Shown here in pieces: positions 53,348 through 62,064 of a stretch of 64,000 nt of DNA; position 1 is the stretch's first letter; each line of letters begins with the position of its first letter. A model generated the notes under the pieces. The model made no database searches. It was not told where the DNA came from and saw only the letters and a program-made list of their open reading frames with translations. This DNA comes from a virus, in the IMG/VR virus record IMGVR_UViG_3300042013_000061, positions 64,001-128,000 of that record; one strand, 5' to 3'. Position numbers and translations under genes: made by a program.

Positions 53348-54472
53348 GTGAAGCCTGTGTTTAAGGACATTGCTACCAAAATAAGGGCCGATAGAAGGTT
53401 CGCACACGTGGAATCACACGTAGGCAAAGTCTATGCACAAGTAATGGATTCTCAAATCTTTACGCCGAATGGACGCGGGCCAGAATATCGACCATCATCA
53501 TTTCCGATTTGCCCTGTACTCGTGCATATGCAATTCATTAAAGCCGCACGTGATGGCTACTATGAAAGCAACATGTTTGCAGGCGGTGGCTATTTCACAA
53601 CGGTCGGAACCGCAGCACACGAAAACATTCAGTATTATTTCGGCCAGACAAAGAAAACGTTTGGTGACTGGAAATGTCGCAACAACAAATGTCAACGGCA
53701 CCATGACGCCCGCGACCTTTACGATGAAAAGGGCAAGATCACACGCCCCGGAATTCTCACAGCGAAAAACACGACAGACAATTTGTGTCCGACGTGCAAG
53801 GTCGCTTGTGAGTATGTCGAAAAGTGCATTAATTACAACGGCCTGAAGGGACACATCGACTGCATTTATGAAATGCCGGACGGTTCTTATTGGGTCATGG
53901 ATTACAAGACCAGTACGAAAGGACAAATCAAGGGCAACAAATTGCCCAAGCGCGAACACTTGATGCAGGTTCCAACATACTGCTATGTGCTCGAAAAGAA
54001 ATACGGAATGAAAATTTCCGGTTTCTCGCTTCTGTACCTGAGCCGCGACAACCCATACGAATATCGGGAATATGCCGAGCAGTGGGGGCCACGTCGCCGC
54101 AACGAAATCAAGGAACTGATTAAGTCTCAGAAGAAAATCTACCGGGCTGCTGTGAATTCGTTCATACAGAACAAACCGGAAATCGCAATGAAATGCAAAC
54201 CGTGCCAAGTGCCGGACGATTACGAACGTCTCATGCCTGCTTACGAAAAATGCCCGATGGAAAAGGTGTGTTTCAACAAGCGCGATCTACGCGACAATAT
54301 GCTGCATGCGTTGAAACCAGCCGAGCTAATCAAGGTGCTGGATATCACGAACAACATGCGGAATTATGTCGAAGACGAAGACATGCCGGTCGTGAAGAAA
54401 ATTGCGAAGAAAAAGAAAACTCTCGATCCAATCAAATCGGCCAAGAAGCCTAAGAGGATTGCCAAGAAATGA
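53348..54472 (+). CDS. Cas4-like PD-(D/E)XK exonuclease
   Basis: PSS..IC, GTAAH, GHIDC, MDYKT, Q..TY; inserted CxxxxC/CPTC and C-terminal Cys cluster. Confidence 0.85.
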   Translation: MKPVFKDIATKIRADRRFAHVESHVGKVYAQVMDSQIFTPNGRGPEYRPSSFPICPVLVHMQFIKAARDGYYESNMFAGGGYFTTVGTAAHENIQYYFGQTKKTFGDWKCRNNKCQRHHDARDLYDEKGKITRPGILTAKNTTDNLCPTCKVACEYVEKCINYNGLKGHIDCIYEMPDGSYWVMDYKTSTKGQIKGNKLPKREHLMQVPTYCYVLEKKYGMKISGFSLLYLSRDNPYEYREYAEQWGPRRRNEIKELIKSQKKIYRAAVNSFIQNKPEIAMKCKPCQVPDDYERLMPAYEKCPMEKVCFNKRDLRDNMLHALKPAELIKVLDITNNMRNYVEDEDMPVVKKIAKKKKTLDPIKSAKKPKRIAKK

Positions 54473-55155
54473 GAATCAAACTGAACCTTAACGAAACCAG
54501 TACGGCTGGCAGTGTCTACAGCACGCCGAGCATGGAATCCGCAGAGCAACAGGAACCGTCAGACGAAGAACTGGCGATTCGTGATACCGAAGAAAAAGAA
54601 CGCGAAGCACAACAGTTGGAAAAAGAACGGCAAGACGCTGCGAAAAAAGCAGAAGAAGCCGCGAAGAAAGTTCCTAAAACACCAAAGGAGAAAGGCGAAG
54701 ATGCTGGCGGCGATACGGGCGGTGACGATGATGACGATCTTGGAGGTGACGACGATGACTCCGACGATTCCGATGATGGTGATGATGACAAAACTTCGCC
54801 CGACAAAGATTCTGACGATGAAGAAGATTTAGACGAAGAAGATTTGGACGACGACGAAGACGAAGAGGACGAAGAAGCAACCGCTTCGACGCTTCCATAT
54901 CCTGACGCACAAAATGCAAAATCTGATGCGCCAATTCTCCCGCCGAAAGAAGTCCCGGCTGACCCTGAAGTGGAAGAAGAAACGCTCAACGTTGACGATA
55001 ACACTGCATCGAATTTGAAAAATACCCCGGACGATCCAAACGTAAAAGAAGGGGATAACAAAATCGAAGCAACAATCGAAGCCGTTGCGTCTGCCTATTC
55101 GGAACGCCAATCAATCCGGGCCTCAATGCCTTACCCGGACGCGTGGAAAGCTTGA
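54469..55155 (+). CDS. Highly acidic low-complexity protein with duplicated AS(TL/M)PYPDA motif
   Basis: Long D/E tract; ATASTLPYPDA and IRASMPYPDA. Confidence 0.7.
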   Translation: MRIKLNLNETSTAGSVYSTPSMESAEQQEPSDEELAIRDTEEKEREAQQLEKERQDAAKKAEEAAKKVPKTPKEKGEDAGGDTGGDDDDDLGGDDDDSDDSDDGDDDKTSPDKDSDDEEDLDEEDLDDDEDEEDEEATASTLPYPDAQNAKSDAPILPPKEVPADPEVEEETLNVDDNTASNLKNTPDDPNVKEGDNKIEATIEAVASAYSERQSIRASMPYPDAWKA

Positions 55156-55250
55156 TTCAAACGAACCGCATTCAGAGCAATCTGTTTGCGGTTTTTTCGT
55201 ATGGATTTGAATACTGTAAATACACACAAATGATTAGGAGTATTCCCTCT

Positions 55251-55601
55251 ATGCTGACCCACGTAATCAATGGAATCGACATTAATGGCGAGAACAATAC
55301 CCGTGCAAAGTTTGCAAGCACGGTCGCCACATTCAAGGTCGATAAACGCCTGTTCACAAAAGAATATAAATTCGAACACCACAAAGTCGTATCACTGCAC
55401 GGCAAGCGTTTCCTTTCATGTGTGAAACGTGGGCAATACGCAATGCTGGTCGAAGCCAATGCCGACGCAGAAAACTTTATCGTTTGTGCTGAAATGGATT
55501 CGTCAATTTATTCGGATGCGTTGGCCGAAGCGTTGGCTCAAATCAAAATGCACGTGTTCCTGACGCGCAAGCCAACCAAAAAAGAAGCGGTGTCCGCATG
55601 A
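55251..55601 (+). CDS. Hypothetical protein
   Basis: ATG 55251 with AGGAG SD; CTGTAAAT motif at 55214. Confidence 0.65.
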   Translation: MLTHVINGIDINGENNTRAKFASTVATFKVDKRLFTKEYKFEHHKVVSLHGKRFLSCVKRGQYAMLVEANADAENFIVCAEMDSSIYSDALAEALAQIKMHVFLTRKPTKKEAVSA

Positions 55602-56002
55602 GCTTTGCGAAGTCTGCGACTAAAAATCCGGTTTATCGCAACATGCTTATGTGTCGCGGTGACGTTCTGGAAATCCACACGTTCACGCTTGAGCCGGAAG
55701 GAAAGAATCGGTACAGCGCGCTAGTCAGCATGCAATGGTTTCAGGAACGTGAACTGGAATTGCGCTACGGTGACAAACCGAAAAAGAACCTGCCGCCGTT
55801 CTACGTGGGATTGTTCGAACAGAAACATTTCGTCGATAAGCTGGAAAAGCTACGGCGTGAGGATTACGCGAAACGCGGCGAAGAGTACGAAGACATTTGG
55901 ACGCAGTTTCCGCATTTCCACCACGAATCTTTGTGGGATTTTTACAAGGCTGTTGGCTACGATTACAAAGCGAAAAAGTGGACACGTCCCTTACCTAATT
56001 GA
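55598..56002 (+). CDS. Hypothetical protein (shares C-terminal motif with 3859..4212)
   Basis: HHESLWDFYKAVGYDYKAKKW. Confidence 0.65.
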   Translation: MSFAKSATKNPVYRNMLMCRGDVLEIHTFTLEPEGKNRYSALVSMQWFQERELELRYGDKPKKNLPPFYVGLFEQKHFVDKLEKLRREDYAKRGEEYEDIWTQFPHFHHESLWDFYKAVGYDYKAKKWTRPLPN

Positions 56003-56013
56003 GAACACACCGA

Positions 56014-58125
56014 ATGGCAGTCGCGAAGAAAAAGCCTGCGAAAAAAGAACTGGATACGCACCAGTCCAAATTCGTAGAACCGAAAGAAAAGAAAACGAAG
56101 AAAACGGCAGTCGCTGAAGCAGTCGGCAAAACGATCAAAAAGAAATCCGCAAGTCAAGACGGTTTCCAGATTCTGGAAGGCTTGATGGGCGTGCGTCACA
56201 ACCCGACAATGTATCTCGGGGAACTCGGCCCGTCGATGGCGTATCGCTGTATCAAGGAAGCGGTAGACAACGCTTACGACGAACACATTGCCGGTCGCAA
56301 CAAAGTAATCGAAGTGATTGTCGATTATGACAACGGAATTTATATCATCGCTGACCAAGCGGGCGGTATTCCAACAGATTTCAAAAAGCTGGAAAACGGC
56401 GACAAAATTTCCATCATGACTGCGGCCTACACAAAGACTCACGCAGGCGCAAAGTTCAACGACAAGGCTTACAAAACTTCGGCGGGTACGCACGGTATCG
56501 GTATGGCTGCTGTAATGGCCGTCTGCGAAGAAATGCGCGCTTGGACAACGTACAAAGGCAAGCTGCATTATCAGAAATACGGTAAAGGCAAAATCACTTC
56601 GAAAGGCGAGCATCCGCTGCCTGTGAAGTCCGTCGATAAAGACGTGATGCCGCACCTGAAAGACAAGATGAAAAAATACGGCACAATCGTTGCGCTGAAA
56701 CTGGATCAAGAAGTTGTATCCGAAGACAGCCGACGCGGCAAAGCACTGCCGAAGAATTTCCGTGTTGCGGAACCTGTAGCGGCTGACGTGCAATCGTGGT
56801 TGCAGAACGTGGCGATGCTTAACCCCGGTCTGGAAATTCGTTTCGCACAAATTCGCAACAAGAAACGTGAAGACCACGTTTTCATGAACAAAAAGGATTT
56901 GGCATATGTACCTAAATACATGTGTGATATCCGCGAACTGTCGGCACAAGGCAAACCGTTCACATTCAAAACCGACAACATCACCTGTGCAATCGTTTGG
57001 TCTGACCATACGGACGCAGATAATTTCCTGACATTCGTGAACACTTCGCCAACGGCTGACGGCGGCTGGCACGTGACAGGATTTACCGCTGCACTTTCCG
57101 CCGCGCTGAAGAAATTCATGCCAGCGCCGAAGAAAGGACAGAAAGGACAAGGTTTTACCGGTTCGGATTTGCTCACTGGTTTGACGGGCATGTTTGACTG
57201 GCGTATGCACGGCGCACAATACACGTCTCAGGTAAAAGATAAACTCGCCTCGAAAGTGGACAAAGAAGTTTACGACGCCCTGCTGCCTGAATTGGAAAAG
57301 TATTTCGACACGAACAAATCGGTCGGAAAAAACATCATCAAACGTGCTCAAGTTCTTAACAAAGGTCGAATCGAACTGGCGGCTGTCGTCAAGTCGATGG
57401 CTGACGTGAAGAAAAAGAAAAATGGTTCGGCACTCCCGGCTGCGCTCGCTGCTGCACCGAAATGCAAACCGCACGAACGTGAATTGTTTATCGTGGAAGG
57501 CGACTCGGCAAAAGGCCCGTCTGTTAACTCCCGCGACGTTTACAATCAGGAAGTAATGGCTGCATCCGGTAAGCCACTTAACGCCCTGAAAGCTCCGCTC
57601 GCAAAAGTTCTCGCTCACAAAGAAATCGGCAACATGCTTATTTCTCTCGGCGCGGATTTGAAGACGCTTGATCCGAAAGCAGAAAACCCAATTATCAGCG
57701 TGGAAAAACTCCGCGTTGCGAATATCATTTTCCTTGTTGACCCTGACCCGGACGGCGGACACATCGCTGTACTGTTCATGGCGGCGCTGTGGCGTTTGAT
57801 GCCTGACCTTTTCCGTCAAGGTCGTGTGTGGTGTGTGCAGGCTCCACTTTATGCTGCGCTTCACGAAAAACGCATTTACGGTGCAATGACTTTTGCAGAC
57901 TGCCGTGGCCTCGCGCCAAAAGCTGTAAAAGACAAGGACATTGTTCGCATCAAAGGTTGGGGAGAGGTCAACGAAGATTACGTCGGCCCAATCGCATTCG
58001 ATCCGAAACAGCGCAAGCTCATTCGTATTGACGCGTTTTCCAGTGTCGAACATGAGAAATTTTTCCGTGGCGTTGTGGCAGAAGATGCCGTACACCGTCG
58101 CCGTCTGCTGGGGCTTGAAGACTGA
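56014..58125 (+). CDS. gyrB: Type IIA topoisomerase B subunit (GyrB/ParE-like)
   Basis: LEGL.GVR..P.MYLG, E.VDNA.DE, THAGAKF, GTHGIG, EGDSA, DPDPDGGHI, KGWGE. Confidence 0.95.
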   Translation: MAVAKKKPAKKELDTHQSKFVEPKEKKTKKTAVAEAVGKTIKKKSASQDGFQILEGLMGVRHNPTMYLGELGPSMAYRCIKEAVDNAYDEHIAGRNKVIEVIVDYDNGIYIIADQAGGIPTDFKKLENGDKISIMTAAYTKTHAGAKFNDKAYKTSAGTHGIGMAAVMAVCEEMRAWTTYKGKLHYQKYGKGKITSKGEHPLPVKSVDKDVMPHLKDKMKKYGTIVALKLDQEVVSEDSRRGKALPKNFRVAEPVAADVQSWLQNVAMLNPGLEIRFAQIRNKKREDHVFMNKKDLAYVPKYMCDIRELSAQGKPFTFKTDNITCAIVWSDHTDADNFLTFVNTSPTADGGWHVTGFTAALSAALKKFMPAPKKGQKGQGFTGSDLLTGLTGMFDWRMHGAQYTSQVKDKLASKVDKEVYDALLPELEKYFDTNKSVGKNIIKRAQVLNKGRIELAAVVKSMADVKKKKNGSALPAALAAAPKCKPHERELFIVEGDSAKGPSVNSRDVYNQEVMAASGKPLNALKAPLAKVLAHKEIGNMLISLGADLKTLDPKAENPIISVEKLRVANIIFLVDPDPDGGHIAVLFMAALWRLMPDLFRQGRVWCVQAPLYAALHEKRIYGAMTFADCRGLAPKAVKDKDIVRIKGWGEVNEDYVGPIAFDPKQRKLIRIDAFSSVEHEKFFRGVVAEDAVHRRRLLGLED

Positions 58126-59774
58126 TGGCTGCTAAAAAACCTGAACCGAAAAAGGGAGTCGCCAAAAAGGCGGCTTCCAAAGCTGTAGTTAAATCCAAAT
58201 CGAAAAGCGTTACGAAAGCGCCGACCACGCGTGACAAAATGTTGGAAGCTGGACTTCAGTTTGTGACTGAATCCATGTACCCGCTAAAAGCGCAAAGCGT
58301 AATTGAACAAGGGCTGGACGTTTACACGCGTGACGCCCTGAAAGTTTATGGTTCGTATGTGGTTGAACAGCGAGCGGTTGCGGATTTCCGTGACGGCATG
58401 AAACCTGTTCACCGTGCGGTTTTGTGGTCGATGGCGGGACTCGGTTTGCGTCCGTCTGCTGGTCATAAAAAATCTGCGCGAACTGTTGGTGATGCAATCG
58501 GTAAATATCACCCGCACGGCGATAGCGCTGCATACGAAGCGATGGTGACAATCACAAACACGGTGCCGCCATTTGTTGACGGTCGTGGTGGTTTTGGTTC
58601 GCCTGATACCCCTGCTTCTGCTGCGCGATACACCGAAGCGAAAATGTCGAAGTTTGCACACACGTTTTTGCTCGACCCGGATTATCTGAAAGTCGTTCCT
58701 TACGAACAAAACTTTTCGAACGACGATCAAATCCCGCTGTACCTTCCTGCACTGTTGCCAGCGCTGCTTTTCGTGACCAACATCCCGGCCCCGGCCTACG
58801 GTGTTAAAGCGGGCAACCCTGCATTCAGCATGCCGACTGTTGCGAAAGTAATTATCGACATGTTGAAGGGCAAAACGTACACCGCGCAAAAACTCAGCGA
58901 TTCGTTGAAAATTTATCACCCGTATGGCTGCCTCGACGTTTCGAAAGATTCCGATATCGAAGCCTTGATGGCAACCGGCGCCGGTAAAGTCAGTTATGCA
59001 CCGCTGACAAAATACGATGAACCGAAGCGCACGATCTACCTGCAATCGTTTGTGCCGACCACGCTGGCAGGCACCGAAAGCATCGACAAAACCCTGAATA
59101 AAATTCTCGATCTGGACGGCGTGAAAAACGCATACAACTCGCCCGGTAAAAAGAATAAGAACGCGGGGCCATTCGGTGCGCTGTGTGAAATCAACGCGCA
59201 GAAGAATACGACCGACGAACGCTTCGACGAAATCTGCCACTCGGTTGACAACATCGTCAAATCGTCTGTGCATTACCGTCTCGGTGTGACCATCCGTAAA
59301 AAAGATGCGCCGAACGAATTCCGTTATCTGGACTACGTGACGTATTTCAACGCGTGGATCAAGTACCGCATCAAATTGGAAGAGCGACTGATTGCCTACA
59401 AGCTGAAAAGCATTGGCGAGCAATTGCATTTGCAGGAAGTCTACCTGTTCGCTGTACAGAACATGAAAGAACTTCTGAAGATTTTGCCAAAGGCATTGTC
59501 TGCAAAAGACCCGGAAGTGGTTTTGGCGAAGGCGTTGAAAATGCCGGTCGAAGACGCAGCGATTATTCTGGATCGAAAAATTCGCCAATTGGCTGCAATG
59601 GAAGCGGACGCCCTGAAAGAAAAAATCAAAGGGTTGAAAGCCGATATCAAAACCTTGCTCACTGAGCAGAAGAATCCGGGGGAGCGGGCCGCACGCGATA
59701 CCGAAGCACGCGTGAAGTCCTATTTGAAAAAACCAGACCCAACGCAACCGGGATTGCCTGTCAGTCCCGATTAA
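58125..59774 (+). CDS. gyrA: Type IIA topoisomerase A subunit (GyrA/ParC-like, no C-terminal beta-pinwheel)
   Basis: RA..D.RDGMKPVHR, KKSARTVGD..GKYHPHGDS, active-site AARYTE; ends at 549 aa. Confidence 0.93.
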   Translation: MAAKKPEPKKGVAKKAASKAVVKSKSKSVTKAPTTRDKMLEAGLQFVTESMYPLKAQSVIEQGLDVYTRDALKVYGSYVVEQRAVADFRDGMKPVHRAVLWSMAGLGLRPSAGHKKSARTVGDAIGKYHPHGDSAAYEAMVTITNTVPPFVDGRGGFGSPDTPASAARYTEAKMSKFAHTFLLDPDYLKVVPYEQNFSNDDQIPLYLPALLPALLFVTNIPAPAYGVKAGNPAFSMPTVAKVIIDMLKGKTYTAQKLSDSLKIYHPYGCLDVSKDSDIEALMATGAGKVSYAPLTKYDEPKRTIYLQSFVPTTLAGTESIDKTLNKILDLDGVKNAYNSPGKKNKNAGPFGALCEINAQKNTTDERFDEICHSVDNIVKSSVHYRLGVTIRKKDAPNEFRYLDYVTYFNAWIKYRIKLEERLIAYKLKSIGEQLHLQEVYLFAVQNMKELLKILPKALSAKDPEVVLAKALKMPVEDAAIILDRKIRQLAAMEADALKEKIKGLKADIKTLLTEQKNPGERAARDTEARVKSYLKKPDPTQPGLPVSPD

Positions 59775-59787
59775 CCCGGAGAACAAA

Positions 59788-60327
59788 ATGGACGAAACGC
59801 CAATCGTTGAAATCGTAGAGTCGGAAGAGATTTACGTCCACGGCTCGCCGGTTACATTCAACACAAAAGTTTACTGTTTCATGCGTAGTTTCCATCTGCC
59901 GATTCTGGAAGATCAGGAATTGCCGCTGCAAGATACATGGTTCATGGTTCCGGCTGTTCAACATGGCCCGATGATTTCTCTCGCGAATCCAAACATTGAG
60001 TTGGCCGCGTTGATGATGATCGACCAGAACGGCCTTGTGGTTAAAGCGCACCGTGTGAATCCGCACGTGACGCCGCCACTCGGTAACTACGAACTGGAAA
60101 TGATGAAAAAAGAAGCGTTCGATATTTCCGTGTGGGAAAAGGCCAAACAAAAGTCTTTCCCTTACGAAACCATGTTCGACAAAAGCGCCGTAGCCGCTCG
60201 TTACCGCGATGCAAAAGCTACGCCTGCAATGGCGATGAATATCGAATCGTCAAACATCACGTACCAGACAATCCGCAAGAAAATTCAACCTAAACCATGC
60301 ACGACGTGCGGGGGCCGTAACAAATGA
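59788..60327 (+). CDS. Hypothetical protein with C-terminal CxxC
   Basis: GGAG SD; ends PCTTCGGRNK. Confidence 0.65.
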   Translation: MDETPIVEIVESEEIYVHGSPVTFNTKVYCFMRSFHLPILEDQELPLQDTWFMVPAVQHGPMISLANPNIELAALMMIDQNGLVVKAHRVNPHVTPPLGNYELEMMKKEAFDISVWEKAKQKSFPYETMFDKSAVAARYRDAKATPAMAMNIESSNITYQTIRKKIQPKPCTTCGGRNK

Positions 60328-60830
60328 GTGCCGTATTAAAAGAAGGCGTACAAGATTTCGTAGACCTGACGCCTTACGACGTGTTGCGTCGGGAATTGCA
60401 AACTGACGTAATTACATACGGCGCCCTGCATGAAAACTTCGTGAGTAAATGCGTGCCGCATATGGTTGTTGCTCGCGTGCATTTCACTCTGCCTCAATTG
60501 GTGAACGGTAAAATGCCGTTTGCTGATACGGTAATGAGCGAAGCCACCGTCGAACGTGCATACACCGAAGGCGCAGCGATTTGTAATTTCGTTGACAACG
60601 TTCTGGCGCAGGAACATCCGCAGGATAAGCGTTTCCTTTTGCGTTACATGGAACAGCTTTGCATGCGCTACGGCAAAAGCAATGATCGTGCGTTGGGTTT
60701 CGGCCACGACATTATTTATAGCCGCGATCCAATCGGCACCGGTTTTTACAAAGCGTTTGATAATACTTTGTACATTCCACCCCTCACTGGTCACTGGGCA
60801 ATTGCGTCGAAAGGCAGCGCCCGCGACTAA
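60324..60830 (+). CDS. Hypothetical protein
   Basis: 168 aa, overlaps the upstream stop. Confidence 0.65.
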   Translation: MSAVLKEGVQDFVDLTPYDVLRRELQTDVITYGALHENFVSKCVPHMVVARVHFTLPQLVNGKMPFADTVMSEATVERAYTEGAAICNFVDNVLAQEHPQDKRFLLRYMEQLCMRYGKSNDRALGFGHDIIYSRDPIGTGFYKAFDNTLYIPPLTGHWAIASKGSARD

Positions 60831-60882
60831 AACTGTAAAGAAAAGGCGAGCGCACATTGTTCTCGCCTACTTTCTCGGATGA

Positions 60883-61191
60883 ATGAAAATGGAACATAAT
60901 CTCGAACTGCACAGCCTCATGACTGATATGCAAATCGGTTATTACATGGCGTTGAAATACAACAGCGAAACTGGCAAGGTGCTAAACCAGAAAGAAGCTG
61001 TCGCTGTGCTGAAACAGATTGCAAAAAACGCCATCGTGAACAAGCGCATTCCACGCAGCCTGTTTATGTACGCAAAAGTTTTCCTGCTGTCCGACGATCC
61101 GATGGGCGTTGTTGAACGTGCCTATCAGGTTTACTGCCAAGATAACCCGGAAGAGGTCGAAGGCGATGGAACTTTGGCTATGCAAGCGTAA
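60883..61191 (+). CDS. Hypothetical protein
   Basis: 102 aa; CTGTAAA motif at 60833-60839. Confidence 0.65.
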   Translation: MKMEHNLELHSLMTDMQIGYYMALKYNSETGKVLNQKEAVAVLKQIAKNAIVNKRIPRSLFMYAKVFLLSDDPMGVVERAYQVYCQDNPEEVEGDGTLAMQA

Positions 61192-61636
61192 CGAATTCGG
61201 ATTGCTGAAAGACGAAAGAAAGATTTCTTTTTTCCGCGTCAACAATCCACACCAGCCAATCGAAACGCTGGAATACATGAGCGGCAATGCGAAAACCACG
61301 GCTCGCACGTTTATCGACGAACATGTGAAAAAGCATGGGATGTTGAAAGCGAAAATAGACGGCGCAGAATTGCCAGACCTTAAAGGATTCTTTGAGGTCA
61401 TTGATTTCAATCACGTGCATGGTGTTCGGTTGCTGGCCCTGTCGTCGGGTTACAAATATCTGACGTTTCTTGCTTATACCAATTTACAACCTACTGGCGA
61501 AGAGAAACCCGCGTTCGTACAATTCTTTGTGCAGAATCATCGCGGACGGAATTTTGTACGGTGCCGCGCACGTGAAGCCTTCCAGCCACTGACGTTAATC
61601 AACTCGGTGCCGGGCTTCCTAATTTTTGAACACTAG
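61166..61636 (+). CDS. Hypothetical protein
   Basis: ATG 61166 within track ORF 61109..61636. Confidence 0.6.
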   Translation: MELWLCKRNEFGLLKDERKISFFRVNNPHQPIETLEYMSGNAKTTARTFIDEHVKKHGMLKAKIDGAELPDLKGFFEVIDFNHVHGVRLLALSSGYKYLTFLAYTNLQPTGEEKPAFVQFFVQNHRGRNFVRCRAREAFQPLTLINSVPGFLIFEH

Positions 61637-61644
61637 GGTGACGC

Positions 61645-62064
61645 ATGGACAAGCGCATATACGGAACCGTTAATCGCACGCAGAAAGGCGAAACGTTTTT
61701 GCAGTCCGTCACAGTCGAAGGGCCGGGAGCGCAGCAATTGCTTGTGCGCCTTTTCCGTGACAGAAATCCAATGCACTTTGTTGTGCGTGGCGGAATGACT
61801 GCGCTGGTGCGTCAAGACCTTGCGTATGAAACGCTCGACGAAATAATTAACCAGATGAGCACGAAAAAGGCTGTGATAGGCGAGCATAACGAAACGATTT
61901 TTGTAATCGTGACTTATGCAAAAGGTCGGCTGTGTGATTGCCTGATCCGAAGCGCTCGCGCCCTCCGCACAATCAAGGCTCCAGTACGATTGATCGAATC
62001 GGAAAAAGATTTGTTAAACGCGCCCGTCTCGTACCAACCAACACGCGTCTATAAGGACGACTAA
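61645..62064 (+). CDS. Hypothetical protein
   Basis: 139 aa, coupled to the exonuclease gene. Confidence 0.6.
   Translation: MDKRIYGTVNRTQKGETFLQSVTVEGPGAQQLLVRLFRDRNPMHFVVRGGMTALVRQDLAYETLDEIINQMSTKKAVIGEHNETIFVIVTYAKGRLCDCLIRSARALRTIKAPVRLIESEKDLLNAPVSYQPTRVYKDD

Noticed and set aside
53348-54472. Cas4-like gene as evidence of a CRISPR-Cas system
   Set aside because: No cas1/cas2, effector genes or array in the window; solo Cas4-like nucleases are common phage recombination proteins.
55963-59786. 710-aa and 500-aa minus-strand ORFs
   Set aside because: Antisense shadows of gyrB and gyrA.
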